A stretch of DNA of 64,000 bases. Origin: Squalus acanthias. Taxonomy: Eukaryota. The notes under the pieces are model-generated. The model was not told where the DNA came from, made no database searches, and worked only from the letters and a program-made list of their open reading frames with translations. The stretch covers positions 145,888,001 through 145,952,000 of the forward strand of contig CM059431.1 in the NCBI GenBank assembly GCA_030390025.1. The letters run 5' to 3'. This document shows positions 7,515 through 22,500 of the stretch, one piece after another. The position numbers and the translations under genes were made by a program. Within the stretch, counting starts at the first letter, position 1. Every line of letters starts with the position of its first letter.

Positions 7515-10500
7515 AGAGTGTACAATTACTAGAATACAGAGAGTGAGAGTGTGAGGGACACAGAGTGTCTAATTACTGGAACATAGAGAGTGAGAGTGCG
7601 AGGGACACAGAGTGTACAATTGCTGGAACACGGAGAGTAAGAGCGTGAGGGACACAGAGTGTTCAATTACTGGAACACGGAGAGTGAGAGTGTGAGGGAC
7701 ACAGAGTGTACAATTACTGGAACACGGAGTGTGAGAGTGTGAGGAACACAGTGTGTGTAATTACTGAAACAAGTAAAGTGATAGTGTGAGGGACACAGAG
7801 TGTACAAATACTGGAACACGGAGATTGAGAGTGTGAGGGTCACAGTGTGTACAATTACTGGAAAACGGAAAGTGAGTGTGTGAGGGAAACAGAGTGTATA
7901 ATTACTGGATCACGGAGAGTGAGAGTGCGAGGGACACAGAGTGTACAATTACTGGAACACGGAGAGTTAGAGTGTGAGGGACACAGAGTACAATTGCTGG
8001 AACACAGAGAGTGAGAGTGTGAGGGACACAGAGTGTAAGATTGCTGGAACACGGAGAGTGAGAGTGTGAGGGACACAGAGTGTACAATTACTGGAACACG
8101 GAGAGTGAGAGTCTGAGGGACACAGAGTGTACAATTACTGGAACACGGAGAGTGAGAGTGTGAGGGACACAGTGTGTGGAATTACTGGAACACGGAGAGT
8201 GAGAGTGTGAGGGACACAGAATGTACAATTACTGAAACACGGAGAGTGAGAGTGTCAGGGACAGAGAGTGTGCGATTACTGGAACACGGAGAGTGAGAGT
8301 GTGAGGGCCACAGAGAGTACAATTACTGGAACACGGAGAGTGAGAGTGTGAGGGACACAGAGTGTACAATTACTGGAACACGGAGAGTGAGAGTGTGAGG
8401 GACACAGTGTGTAACAATTAGTGGAACACGGCGAGTGAGAGTGTGAGGGACACAGTATGTCCATTTACTGGAACACGGAGAGTGAGAGTGTCAGGGACAC
8501 CGTGTGTACAATTACTGGAACACGGAGAGTGAGAGTGCGAGGGACACAGTTAGTGTAAAATTACAGGAACACGGAGAGTTATAGTGTGAGGTACACAAAG
8601 AGTACAATTACTGGAACACGGAGAGTGAGAGTGTGAAGGATACAGAATGTACAATTACTGGAATACGGTGAGTGAGAGTGAGAGGGACACAGAATGTACA
8701 ATTACTGGAACACGGAGAGTGAGAGTGTGAGGGACACAGAGTGTACAATTACTGGAACACAGAGAGTGAGAGTGTGAGGGACACAGAGTGTACAATTACT
8801 GGAACACGGAGAGTGAGAGTGTGAGGGACACCGTATGTACAATTACTGGAACACGGAGAGTGAGAGTGTGAGGGACACAGAATGTACAATTACTGGAACA
8901 TGGAGAGTGAGAGTGCGAGGGACACAGTGCGTTAAATTACTGGAACACGGAGAGTGAGAGTGTGAGGGACACAGTTTGTGCAATTACTGGAACACGGAGA
9001 GTTTCAGGGACAGAGAGTGTGCAATTACTGGAACATGGAGAATGAGAGTGTGAGGGACACAGAGTGTGAAATTACTGGAACAAGGAGAGTGAGAGTGTGA
9101 GGGACACAGAGTGTTCAATTACTGGAACACGGAGAGTGAGAGTGTGAGGGACACTGTGAAATTACTGGAACACGGAGAGTGAGAGTGTGAGGGACACAGT
9201 GTGTGGAATTACTGGATCACGGAGAGTGAGAGTGTGAGGAACACAGAGTGTTAATTATTGGATCAGGGAGAGGAGAGTGTGAGGGACACAGAGTGTTCAA
9301 TTACTGGATCACGGAGAGTGAGAGTGTGAGGGACACAGTGTGTGGAATTACTGGATCACGGAGAGTGAGAGTGTGAGGGAAACAGAGGGTGTAATTACAG
9401 GATTACGGAGAGTGAGAGTGCGAGGGAAACAGAGTGTGAAATTACTGGAACATGGAGAGTGAGAGTGTGAGGGACACAGAGTGTTCAATTACTGGAACAC
9501 GGAGAGTGAGAGTGTGAGGGACACTGTGAAATTACTGGAACACGGAGAGTGAGAGTGTGAGGGACACAGTGTGTGGAATTACTGGAACACGGAGAGTGAG
9601 AGTGTGAGGAACACAGAGTGTTAATTACTGGAACACGGAGAGTGAGAGTGTGAGGGACACAGAGTGTACAATTACTGGAACATAGAGAGTGAGAGTGCGA
9701 GGGACACAGAGTGTACAATTGCTGGAACACGGAGAGTAAGAGCGTGAGGGACACAGAGTGTTCAATTACTGGAACACGGAGAGTGAGAGTGTGAGGGACA
9801 CAGAGTGTACAATTACTGGAACACGGAGTGTGAGAGTGTGAGGAACACAGTGTGTGTAATTACTGAAACAAGTAAAGTGATAGTGTGAGGGACACAGAGT
9901 GTACAAATACTGGAACACGGAGATTGAGAGTGTGAGGGTCACAGTGTGTACAATTACTGGAAAACGGAAAGTGAGTGTGTGAGGGAAACAGAGTGTATAA
10001 TTACTGGATCACGGAGAGTGAGAGTGCGAGGGACACAGAGTATACAATTACTGGAACACGGAGAGTTAGAGTGTGAGGGACACAGAGTACAATTGCTGGA
10101 ACACAGAGAGTGAGAGTGTGAGGGACACAGAGTGTAAGATTGCTGGAACACGGAGAGTGAGAGTGTGAGGGACACAGAGTGTACAATTACTGGAACACGG
10201 AGAGTGAGAGTCTGAGGGACACAGAGTGTACAATTACTGGAACACGGAGAGTGAGAGTGTGAGGGACACAGTGTGTGGAATTACTGGAACACGGAGAGTG
10301 AGAGTGTGAGGGACACAGAATGTACAATTACTGAAACACGGAGAGTGAGAGTGTCAGGGACAGAGAGTGTGCGATTACTGGAACACGGAGAGTGAGAGTG
10401 TGAGGGCCACAGAGAGTACAATTACTGGAACACGGAGAGTGAGAGTGTGAGGGACACAGAGTGTACAATTACTGGAACACGGAGAGTGAGAGTGTGAGGG

Positions 10501-13500
10501 CCACAGTGTGTAACAATTAGTGGAACACGGCGAGTGAGAGTGTGAGGGACACAGTATGTCCATTTACTGGAACACGGAGAGTGAGAGTGTCAGGGACACC
10601 GTGTGTACAATTACTGGAACACGGAGAGTGAGAGTGCGAGGGACACAGTTAGTGTAAAATTACAGGAACACGGAGAGTTATAGTGTGAGGTACACAAAGA
10701 GTACAATTACTGGAACACGGAGAGTGAGAGTGTGAAGGACACAGAATGTACAATTACTGGAATACGGTGAGTGAGAGTGAGAGGGACACAGAATGTACAA
10801 TTACTGGAACACGGAGAGTGAGAGTGTGAGGGACACAGAGTGTACAATTACTGGAACACGGAGAGTGAGAGTGTGAGGGACACAGAGTGTACAATTACTG
10901 GAACACGGAGAGTGAGAGTGTGAGGGACACCGTATGTACAATTACTGGAACACGGAGAGTGAGAGTGTGAGGGACACAGAATGTACAATTACTGGAACAT
11001 GGAGAGTGAGAGTGCGAGGGACACAGTGCGTTAAATTACTGGAACACAGAGAGTGAGAGTGTGAGGGACACAGTTTGTGCAATTACTGGAACACGGAGAG
11101 TGTCAGGGACAGAGAGTGTGCAATTACTGGAACATGGAGAATGAGAGTGTGAGGGACACAGAGTGTGAAATTACTGGAACAAGGAGAGTGAGAGTGTGAG
11201 GGACACAGAGTGTTCAATTACTGGAACACGGAGAGTGAGAGTGTGAGGGACACTGTGAAATTACTGGAACACGGAGAGTGAGAGTGTGAGGGACACAGTG
11301 TGTGGAATTACTGGATCACGGAGAGTGAGAGTGTGAGGAACACAGAGTGTTAATTATTGGATCAGGGAGAGGAGAGTGTGAGGGACACAGAGTGTTCAAT
11401 TACTGGATCACGGAGAGTGAGAGTGTGAGGGACACAGTGTGTGGAATTACTGGATCACGGAGAGTGAGAGTGTGAGGGAAACAGAGTGTGTAATTACAGG
11501 ATTACGGAGAGTGAGAGTGCGAGGGAAACAGAGTGTGAAATTACTGGAACAAGGAGAGTGAGAGTGTGAGGGACACAGAGTGTTCAATTACTGGAACACG
11601 GAGAGTGAGAGTGTGAGGGACACTGTGAAATTACTGGAACACGGAGAGTGAGAGTGTGAGGGACACAGTGTGTGGAATTACTGGAACACGGAGAGTGAGA
11701 GTGTGAGGAACACAGAGTGTTAATTATTGGATCACGGAGAGTGAGAGTGTGAGGGACACAGAGTGTTCAATTACTGGATCACTGAGAGTGAGAGTGTGAG
11801 GGAAACAGTGTGTGGAATTACTGGAACACGGAGAGTGAGAGTATGAGGGAAACAGAGTGTATAATTACTGGATCACGGAGAGTGAGAGTGCGAGGGACAC
11901 AGAGTGTACAATTACTGGAACACGGAGAGTTAGAGTGTGAGGGACACAGAGTACAATTGCTGGAACACAGAGATTGAAAGTGTGAGGGACACAGAGTGTA
12001 CAATTACTGGAACATGGAGAGTGAGAGTGCGAGGGACACAGAGTGTAAAATTGCTGGAACACGGAGAGTGAGAGTGTGAGGGACACAGTGTGTGGAATTA
12101 CTGGATCACGGAGAGTGAGAGTGTGAGGGAAACAGAGGGTGTAATTACAGGATTACGGAGAGTGAGAGTGCGAGGGAAACAGAGTGTGAAATTACTGGAA
12201 CATGGAGAGTGAGAGTGTGAGGGACACAGAGTGTTCAATTACTGGAACACGGAGAGTGAGAGTGTGAGGGACACTGTGAAATTACTGGAACACGGAGAGT
12301 GAGAGTGTGAGGGACACAGTGTGTGGAATTACTGGAACACGGAGAGTGAGAGTGTGAGGAACACAGAGTGTTAATTATTGGATCACGGAGAGTGAGAGTG
12401 TCAGGGACAGAGAGTGTGCGACTACTGGAACACGGAGAGTGAGAGTGTGAGGGCCACAGAGAGTACAATTACTGGAACACGGAGAGTGAGAGTGTGAGGG
12501 ACACAGAGTGTACAATTACTGGAACACGGAGAGTGAGAGTGTGAGGGACACAGTGTGTAACAATTAGTGGAACACGGCGAGTGAGAGTGTGAGGGACACA
12601 GTATGTCCATTTACTGGAACACGGAGAGTGAGAGTGTCAGGGACACCGTGTGTACAATTACTGGAACACGGAGAGTGAGAGTGCGAGGGACACAGTTAGT
12701 GTAAAATTACAGGAACACGGAGAGTTATAGTGTGAGGTACACATAGAGTACAATTACTGGAACACGGAGAGTGAGAGTGTGAAGGACACAGAATGTACAA
12801 TTACTGGAATACGGAGAGTGATAGTGAGAGGGACACAGAATGTACAATTACTGGAACACGGAGAGTGAGAGTGTGAGGGACACAGAGTGTACAATTACTG
12901 GAACACGGAGAGTGAGAGTGTGAGGGACACAGAGTGTACAATTACTGGAACACGGAGAGTGAGAGTGTGAGGGACACCGTATGTACAATTACTGGAATAC
13001 AGAGAGTGAGAGTGTGAGGGACACAGAGTGTCTAATTACTGGAACATAGAGAGTGAGAGTGCGAGGGACACAGAGTGTACAATTGCTGGAACACGGAGAG
13101 TAAGAGCGTGAGGGACACAGAGTGTTCAATTACTGGAACACGGAGAGTGAGAGTGTGAGGGACACAGAGTGTACAATTACTGGAACACGGAGTGTGAGAG
13201 TGTGAGGAACACAGTGTGTGTAATTACTGAAACAAGTAAAGTGATAGTGTGAGGGACACAGAGTGTACAAATACTGGAACACGGAGATTGAGAGTGTGAG
13301 GGTCACAGTGTGTACAATTACTGGAAAACGGAAAGTGAGTGTGTGAGGGAAACAGAGTGTATAATTACTGGATCACGGAGAGTGAGAGTGCGAGGGACAC
13401 AGAGTGTACAATTACTGGAACACGGAGAGTTAGAGTGTGAGGGACACAGAGTACAATTGCTGGAACACAGAGAGTGAGAGTGTGAGGGACACAGAGTGTA

Positions 13501-16500
13501 AGATTGCTGGAACACGGAGAGTGAGAGTGTGAGGGACACAGAGTGTACAATTACTGGAACACGGAGAGTGAGAGTCTGAGGGACACAGAGTGTACAATTA
13601 CTGGAACACGGAGAGTGAGAGTGTGAGGGACACAGTGTGTGGAATTACTGGAACACGGAGAGTGAGAGTGTGAGGGACACAGAATGTACAATTACTGAAA
13701 CACGGAGAGTGAGAGTGTCAGGGACAGAGAGTGTGCGATTACTGGAACACGGAGAGTGAGAGTGTGAGGGCCACAGAGAGTACAATTACTGGAACACGGA
13801 GAGTGAGAGTGTGAGGGACACAGAGTGTACAATTACTGGAACACGGAGAGTGAGAGTGTGAGGGACACAGTGTGTAACAATTAGTGGAACACGGCGAGTG
13901 AGAGTGTGAGGGACACAGTATGTCCATTTACTGGAACACGGAGAGTGAGAGTGTCAGGGACACCGTGTGTACAATTACTGGAACACGGAGAGTGAGAGTG
14001 CGAGGGACACAGTTAGTGTAAAATTACAGGAACACGGAGAGTTATAGTGTGAGGTACACAAAGAGTACAATTACTGGAACACGGAGAGTGAGAGTGTGAA
14101 GGACACAGAATGTACAATTACTGGAATACGGTGAGTGAGAGTGAGAGGGACACAGAATGTACAATTACTGGAACACGGAGAGTGAGAGTGTGAGGGACAC
14201 AGAGTGTACAATTACTGGAACACGGAGAGTGAGAGTGTGAGGGACACAGAGTGTACAATTACTGGAACACGGAGAGTGAGAGTGTGAGGGACACCGTATG
14301 TACAATTACTGGAACACGGAGAGTGAGAGTGTGAGGGACACAGAATGTACAATTACTGGAACATGGAGAGTGAGAGTGCGAGGGACACAGTGCGTTAAAT
14401 TACTGGAACACAGAGAGTGAGAGTGTGAGGGACACAGTTTGTGCAATTACTGGAACACGGAGAGTGTCAGGGCCAGAGAGTGTGCAATTACTGGAACATG
14501 GAGAATGAGAGTGTGAGGGACACAGAGTGTGAAATTACTGGAACAAGGAGAGTGAGAGTGTGAGGGACACAGAGTGTTCAATTACTGGAACACGGAGAGT
14601 GAGAGTGTGAGGGACACTGTGAAATTACTGGAACACGGAGAGTGAGAGTGTGAGGGACACAGTGTGTGGAATTACTGGATCACGGAGAGTGAGAGTGTGA
14701 GGAACACAGAGTGTTAATTATTGGATCAGGGAGAGGAGAGTGTGAGGGACACAGAGTGTTCAATTACTGGATCACGGAGAGTGAGAGTGTGAGGGACACA
14801 GTGTGTGGAATTACTGGATCACGGAGAGTGAGAGTGTGAGGGAAACAGAGTGTGTAATTACAGGATTACGGAGAGTGAGAGTGCGAGGGAAACAGAGTGT
14901 GAAATTACTGGAACAAGGAGAGTGAGAGTGTGAGGGACACAGAGTGTTCAATTACTGGAACACGGAGAGTGAGAGTGTGAGGGACACTGTGAAATTACTG
15001 GAACACGGAGAGTGAGAGTGTGAGGGACACAGTGTGTGGAATTACTGGAACACGGAGAGTGAGAGTGTGAGGAACACAGAGTGTTAATTATTGGATCACG
15101 GAGAGTGAGAGTGTGAGGGACACAGAGTGTTCAATTACTGGATCACTGAGAGTGAGAGTGTGAGGGAAACAGTGTGTGGAATTACTGGATCACGGAGAGT
15201 GAGAGTGCGAGGGACACAGAGTGTACAATTACTGGAACACGGAGAGTTAGAGTGTGAGGGACACAGAGTACAATTGCTGGAACACAGAGATTGAAAGTGT
15301 GAGGGACACAGAGTGTACAATTACTGGAACATGGAGAGTGAGAGTGCGAGGGACACAGAGTGTAAAATTGCTGGAACACGGAGAGTGAGAGTGTGAGGGA
15401 CATAGAGTGTACAATTACTGGAACACGGAGAGTGAGAGTCTCAGGGACACAGAGTGTACAATTACTGGAACACGGAGAGTGAGAGTGTGAGGGACACAGT
15501 GTGTGGAATTACTGGAACACGGAGAGTGAGAGTGTGAGGGACACAGAATGTACAATTACTGGAACACGGAGAGTGAGAGTGTCAGGGACAGAGAGTGTGC
15601 AATTACTGCAACACGGAGAGTGAGTGTGTGAGGGCCACAGAGAGTACAATTACTGGAACACGGAGAGTGAGAGTGTGAGGGACACAGAGTGTACAATTAC
15701 TGGAACACGGAGAGTGAGAGTGTGAGGGACACAGTGTGTAACAATTACTGGAACACGGCGAGTGAGAGTGTGAGGGACACAGTATGTCCAATTACTGGAA
15801 CACGGAGAGTGAGAGTGTCAGGGACACAGTGTGTGCAATTACTGGAACACGGAGAGTGAGAGTGTCAGGGACACAGTGTGTGCAATTACTGGAACACGGA
15901 GAGTGTCAGGGACACAATGTGTACAATTACTGGAACACGGAGAGTGAGAGTGTCAGGGACACCGTGTGTACAATTACTGGAACATGGAGAGTGAGAGTGC
16001 GAGGGACACAGTTAGTGTAAAATTACTGGAACACGGAGAGTTATAGTGTGAGGTACACATAGAGTACAATTACTGGAACACGGAGAGTGAGAGTGTGAGG
16101 GACACAGAGTGTTCAATTACTGGAACATGGAGAGTGAGAGTGTGATGGACAGAGAGTGTGTAATTACTGGAACATGGAGAGTGAGAGTGTGAGGGACACA
16201 GAGTGTGAAATTACTGGAACAAGGAGAGTGAGAGTGTGAGGGACACAGAGTGTTCAAATACTGGAACACGGAGAGTGAGAGTGTGAGGGACACAGAGTGT
16301 TCAATTACTGGATCACGGAGAGTGAGAATGTGAGGGACACAGTGTGTGGAATTACTGGATCACGGAGAGTGAGAGTGCTTGGGACACAGAGTACAATTGC
16401 TGCAACACAGAGAGTGAAAGTGTGAGGGACACAGAGTGTACAAATACTGGAACATGGAGAGTGAGAGTGCGAGGGACACAGAGTGTACAATTGCAGGAAC

Positions 16501-19500
16501 ACGGAGAGTGAGAGTGTAAGGGACACAAAGTGTACAATTACTGGAACACGGAGAGTGAGAGTGTGAGTGACACAGAGTGTACAATTAATGGAACACGGAG
16601 AGTGAGAGTGTGAGGGACACAGTGTGTGGAATTACTGGAACAAGGAGGATGAGAGTGTGAGGGACACAGAGTGTACAAATACTGGAACATGGAGAGTGAG
16701 AGTGCGAGGGACACAGAGTGTTCAATTGCTGCAACACGGAGAGTGAGTGTGTGAGGGCCACAGAGAGTACAATTACTGGAACACGGAGAGTGAGAGTGTG
16801 AGGGACACAGAGTGTACAATTACTGGAACACGGAGAGTGAGAGTGTGAGGGACACAGTGTGTAACAATTACTGGAACACGGCGAGTGAGAGTGTGAGGGA
16901 CACAGTATGTCCAATTACTGGAACACGGAGAGTGAGAGTGTCAGGGACACAGTGTGTGCAATTACTGGAACACGGAGAGTGAGAGTGTCAGGGACACAGT
17001 GTGCGCAATTACTGGAACACGGAGAGTGTCAGGGACACAATGTGTACAATTACTGGAACACGGAGAGTGAGAGTGTCAGGGACACCGTGTGTACAATTAC
17101 TGGAACATGGAGATTGAGAGTGCGAGGGACACAGTTAGTGTAAAATTACTGGAACACGGAGAGTTATAGTGTGAGGTACACATAGAGTACAATTACTGGA
17201 ACACGGAGAGTGAGAGTGTGAGGGACACAGAGTGTTCAATTACTGGAACATGGAGAGTGAGAGTGTGATGGACAGAGAGTGTGCAATTACTGGAACATGG
17301 AGAGTGAGAGTGTGAGGGACACAGAGTGTGAAATTACTGGAACAAGGAGAGTGAGAGTGTGAGGGACACAGAGTGTTCAAATACTGGAACACGGAGAGTG
17401 AGAGTGTGAGGGACACAGAGTGTTCAATTACTGGATCACGGAGAGTGAGAATGTGAGGGACACAGTGTGTGGAATTACTGGATCACGGAGAGTGAGAGTG
17501 CTTGGGACACAGAGTACAATTGCTGCAACACAGAGAGTGAAAGTGTGAGGGACACAGTGTGTGGAATTACTGGAACAAGGAGAGTGAGAGTGTGAGGGAC
17601 ACAGAGTGTACAATTACTGGAACACGGAGAGTGAGAGTGTCAGGGACAGAGAGTGTGCAATTACCGCAACACGGAGAGTGAGAGTGTGAGGGCCACAGAG
17701 TGTACAATTACTGGAACACGGAGAGTGTCAGGGACACAGAGTGTGCAATTACTGGAACACGGAGAGTGTCAGGGACACAATGTGTACAATTACTGGAACA
17801 CGGAGAGTGAGAGTGTGAGGGACACAGAGTACAATTGCTGGAACACGGAGAGTGAGAGTGTGAGGGACACAGAGTGTACAATTACTGGAACATGGAGAGT
17901 GAGAGTGCGAGGGACACAGTGTGTACAATTGCTGGAACACGGAGAGTGAGAGTGTGAGGGACACAGAGTGTACAATTACTGGAACACGGAGAGTGAGAGT
18001 GTGAGGGACACAGAGTGTACAATTAATGGAACACGGAGAGTGAGAGTGTGAGGGACACAGTGTGTGGAATTACTGGAACAAGGAGAGTGAGAGTGTGAGG
18101 AACACAGAGTGTACAATTACTGGAACACGGAGAGTGAGAGTGTCAGGGACAGAGAGTGTGCAATTACTGGAACACGGAGAGTGAGTGTGTGAGGGCCACA
18201 GAGTGTACAATTACTGGAACACGGAGAGTGAGAGTGTGAGGGAGACAGAGTGTTTAATTACTGGAACACGGAAAGTGAGAGTATGAGGGAAACAGAGTGT
18301 ATAATTACTGGATCAAGGAGAGTGAGAGTCTAAGGGACACAGAGTGTACAATTACTGGAACACGGAGAGTGAGAGTGTGAGGGACACAGTGTGTGGAATT
18401 ACTGGAACACGGAGAGTGAGAGTGTGAGGGACACAGAATGTACAATTACTGAAACACGGAGAGTGAGAGTGTCAGGGACAGAGAGTGTGCGATTACTGGA
18501 ACACGGAGAGTGAGAGTGTGAGGGCCACAGAGAGTACAATTACTGGAACACGGAGAGTGAGAGTGTGAGGGACACAGAGTGTACAATTACTGGAACACGG
18601 AGAGTGAGAGTGTCAGGGACACAGTGTGTAACAATTAGTGGAACACGGCGAGTGAGAGTGTGAGGGACACAGTATGTCCATTTACTGGAACACGGAGAGT
18701 GAGAGTGTCAGGGACACCGTGTGTACAATTACTGGAACACGGAGAGTGAGAGTGCGAGGGACACAGTTAGTGTAAAATTACAGGAACACGGAGAGTTATA
18801 GTGTGAGGTACACAAAGAGTACAATTACTGGAACACGGAGAGTGAGAGTGTGAAGGACACAGAATGTACAATTACTGGAATACGGTGAGTGAGAGTGAGA
18901 GGGACACAGAATGTACAATTACTGGAACACGGAGAGTGAGAGTGTGAGGGACACAGAGTGTACAATTACTGGAACACGGAGAGTGAGAGTGTGAGGGACA
19001 CAGAGTGTACAATTACTGGAACACGGAGAGTGAGAGTGTGAGGGACACCGTATGTACAATTACTGGAACACGGAGAGTGAGAGTGTGAGGGACACAGAAT
19101 GTACAATTACTGGAACATGGAGAGTGAGAGTGCGAGGGACACAGTGCGTTAAATTACTGGAACACAGAGAGTGAGAGTGTGAGGGACACAGTTTGTGCAA
19201 TTACTGGAACACGGAGAGTGTCAGGGACAGAGAGTGTGCAATTACTGGAACATGGAGAATGAGAGTGTGAGGGACACAGAGTGTGAAATTACTGGAACAA
19301 GGAGAGTGAGAGTGTGAGGGACACAGAGTGTTCAATTACTGGAACACGGAGAGTGAGAGTGTGAGGGACACTGTGAAATTACTGGAACACGGAGAGTGAG
19401 AGTGTGAGGGACACAGTGTGTGGAATTACTGGATCACGGAGAGTGAGAGTGTGAGGAACACAGAGTGTTAATTATTGGATCAGGGAGAGGAGAGTGTGAG

Positions 19501-22500
19501 GGACACAGAGTGTTCAATTACTGGATCACGGAGAGTGAGAGTGTGAGGGACACAGTGTGTGGAATTACTGGATCACGGAGAGTGAGAGTGTGAGGGAAAC
19601 AGAGTGTGTAATTACAGGATTACGGAGAGTGAGAGTGCGAGGGAAACAGAGTGTGAAATTACTGGAACAAGGAGAGTGAGAGTGTGAGGGACACAGAGTG
19701 TTCAATTACTGGAACACGGAGAGTGAGAGTGTGAGGGACACTGTGAAATTACTGGAACACGGAGAGTGAGAGTGTGAGGGACACAGTGTGTGGAATTACT
19801 GGAACACGGAGAGTGAGAGTGTGAGGAACACAGAGTGTTAATTATTGGATCACGGAGAGTGAGAGTGTGAGGGACACAGAGTGTTCAATTACTGGATCAC
19901 TGAGAGTGAGAGTGTGAGGGAAACAGTGTGTGGAATTACTGGATCACGGAGAGTGAGAGTGCGAGGGACACAGAGTGTACAATTACTGGAACACTGAGAG
20001 TTAGAGTGTGAGGGACACAGAGTACAATTGCTGGAACACAGAGATTGAAAGTGTGAGGGACACAGAGTGTACAATTACTGGAACATGGAGAGTGAGAGTG
20101 CGAGGGACACAGAGTGTAAAATTGCTGGAACACGGAGAGTGAGAGTGTGAGGGACATAGAGTGTACAATTACTGGAACACGGAGAGTGAGAGTCTCAGGG
20201 ACACAGAGTGTACAATTACTGGAACACGGAGAGTGAGAGTGTGAGGGACACAGTGTGTGGAATTACTGGAACACGGAGAGTGAGAGTGTGAGGGACACAG
20301 AATGTACAATTACTGGAACACGGAGAGTGAGAGTGTCAGGGACAGAGAGTGTGCAATTACTGCAACACGGAGAGTGAGTGTGTGAGGGCCACAGAGAGTA
20401 CAATTACTGGAACACGGAGAGTGAGAGTGTGAGGGACACAGAGTGTACAATTACTGGAACACGGAGAGTGAGAGTGTGAGGGACACAGTGTGTAACAATT
20501 ACTGGAACACGGCGAGTGAGAGTGTGAGGGACACAGTATGTCCAATTACTGGAACACGGAGAGTGAGAGTGTCAGGGACACAGTGTGTGCAATTACTGGA
20601 ACACGGAGAGTGAGAGTGTCAGGGACACAGTGTGTGCAATTACTGGAACACGGAGAGTGTCAGGGACACAATGTGTACAATTACTGGAACACGGAGAGTG
20701 AGAGTGTCAGGGACACCGTGTGTACAATTACTGGAACATGGAGAGTGAGAGTGCGAGGGACACAGTTAGTGTAAAATTACTGGAACACGGAGAGTTATAG
20801 TGTGAGGTACACATAGAGTACAATTACTGGAACACGGAGAGTGAGAGTGTGAGGGACACAGAGTGTTCAATTACTGGAACATGGAGAGTGAGAGTGTGAT
20901 GGACAGAGAGTGTGTAATTACTGGAACATGGAGAGTGAGAGTGTGAGGGACACAGAGTGTGAAATTACTGGAACAAGGAGAGTGAGAGTGTGAGGGACAC
21001 AGAGTGTTCAAATACTGGAACACGGAGAGTGAGAGTGTGAGGGACACAGAGTGTTCAATTACTGGATCACGGAGAGTGAGAATGTGAGGGACACAGTGTG
21101 TGGAATTACTGGATCACGGAGAGTGAGAGTGCTTGGGACACAGAGTACAATTGCTGCAACACAGAGAGTGAAAGTGTGAGGGACACAGAGTGTACAAATA
21201 CTGGAACATGGAGAGTGAGAGTGCGAGGGACACAGAGTGTACAATTGCAGGAACACGGAGAGTGAGAGTGTAAGGGACACAAAGTGTACAATTACTGGAA
21301 CACGGAGAGTGAGAGTGTGAGTGACACAGAGTGTACAATTAATGGAACACGGAGAGTGAGAGTGTGAGGGACACAGTGTGTGGAATTACTGGAACAAGGA
21401 GGATGAGAGTGTGAGGGACACAGAGTGTACAAATACTGGAACATGGAGAGTGAGAGTGCGAGGGACACAGAGTGTTCAATTGCTGCAACACGGAGAGTGA
21501 GTGTGTGAGGGCCACAGAGAGTACAATTACTGGAACACGGAGAGTGAGAGTGTGAGGGACACAGAGTGTACAATTACTGGAACACGGAGAGTGAGAGTGT
21601 GAGGGACACAGTGTGTAACAATTACTGGAACACGGCGAGTGAGAGTGTGAGGGACACAGTATGTCCAATTACTGGAACACGGAGAGTGAGAGTGTCAGGG
21701 ACACAGTGTGTGCAATTACTGGAACACGGAGAGTGAGAGTGTCAGGGACACAGTGTGCGCAATTACTGGAACACGGAGAGTGTCAGGGACACAATGTGTA
21801 CAATTACTGGAACACGGCGAGTGAGAGTGTGAGGGACACAGTATGTCCAATTACTGGAACATGGAGAGTGAGAGTGTCAGGGACACCGTGTGTACAATTA
21901 CTGGAACATGGAGAGTGAGAGTGCGAGGGACACAGTTAGTGTAAAATTACTGGAACACGGAGAGTTATAGTGTGAGGTACACATAGAGTACAATTACTGG
22001 AACACGGAGAGTGAGAGTGTGAGGGACACAGAGTGTTCAATTACTGGAACATGGAGAGTGAGAGTGTGATGGACAGAGAGTGTGCAATTACTGGAACATG
22101 GAGAGTGAGAGTGTGAGGGACACAGAGTGTGAAATTACTGGAACAAGGAGAGTGAGAGTGTGAGAGACACAGAGTGTTCAAATACTGGAACACGGAGAGT
22201 GAGAGTGTGAGGGACACAGAGTGTTCAATTACTGGATCACGGAGAGTGAGAATGTGAGGGACACAGTGTGTGGAATTACTGGATCACGGAGAGTGAGAGT
22301 GCTTGGGACACAGAGTACAATTGCTGCAACACAGAGAGTGAAAGTGTGAGGGACACAGTGTGTGGAATTACTGGAACAAGGAGAGTGAGAGTGTGAGGGA
22401 CACAGAGTGTACAATTACTGGAACACGGAGAGTGAGAGTGTCAGGGACAGAGAGTGTGCAATTACTGCAACACGGAGAGTGAGAGTGTGAGGGCCACAGA

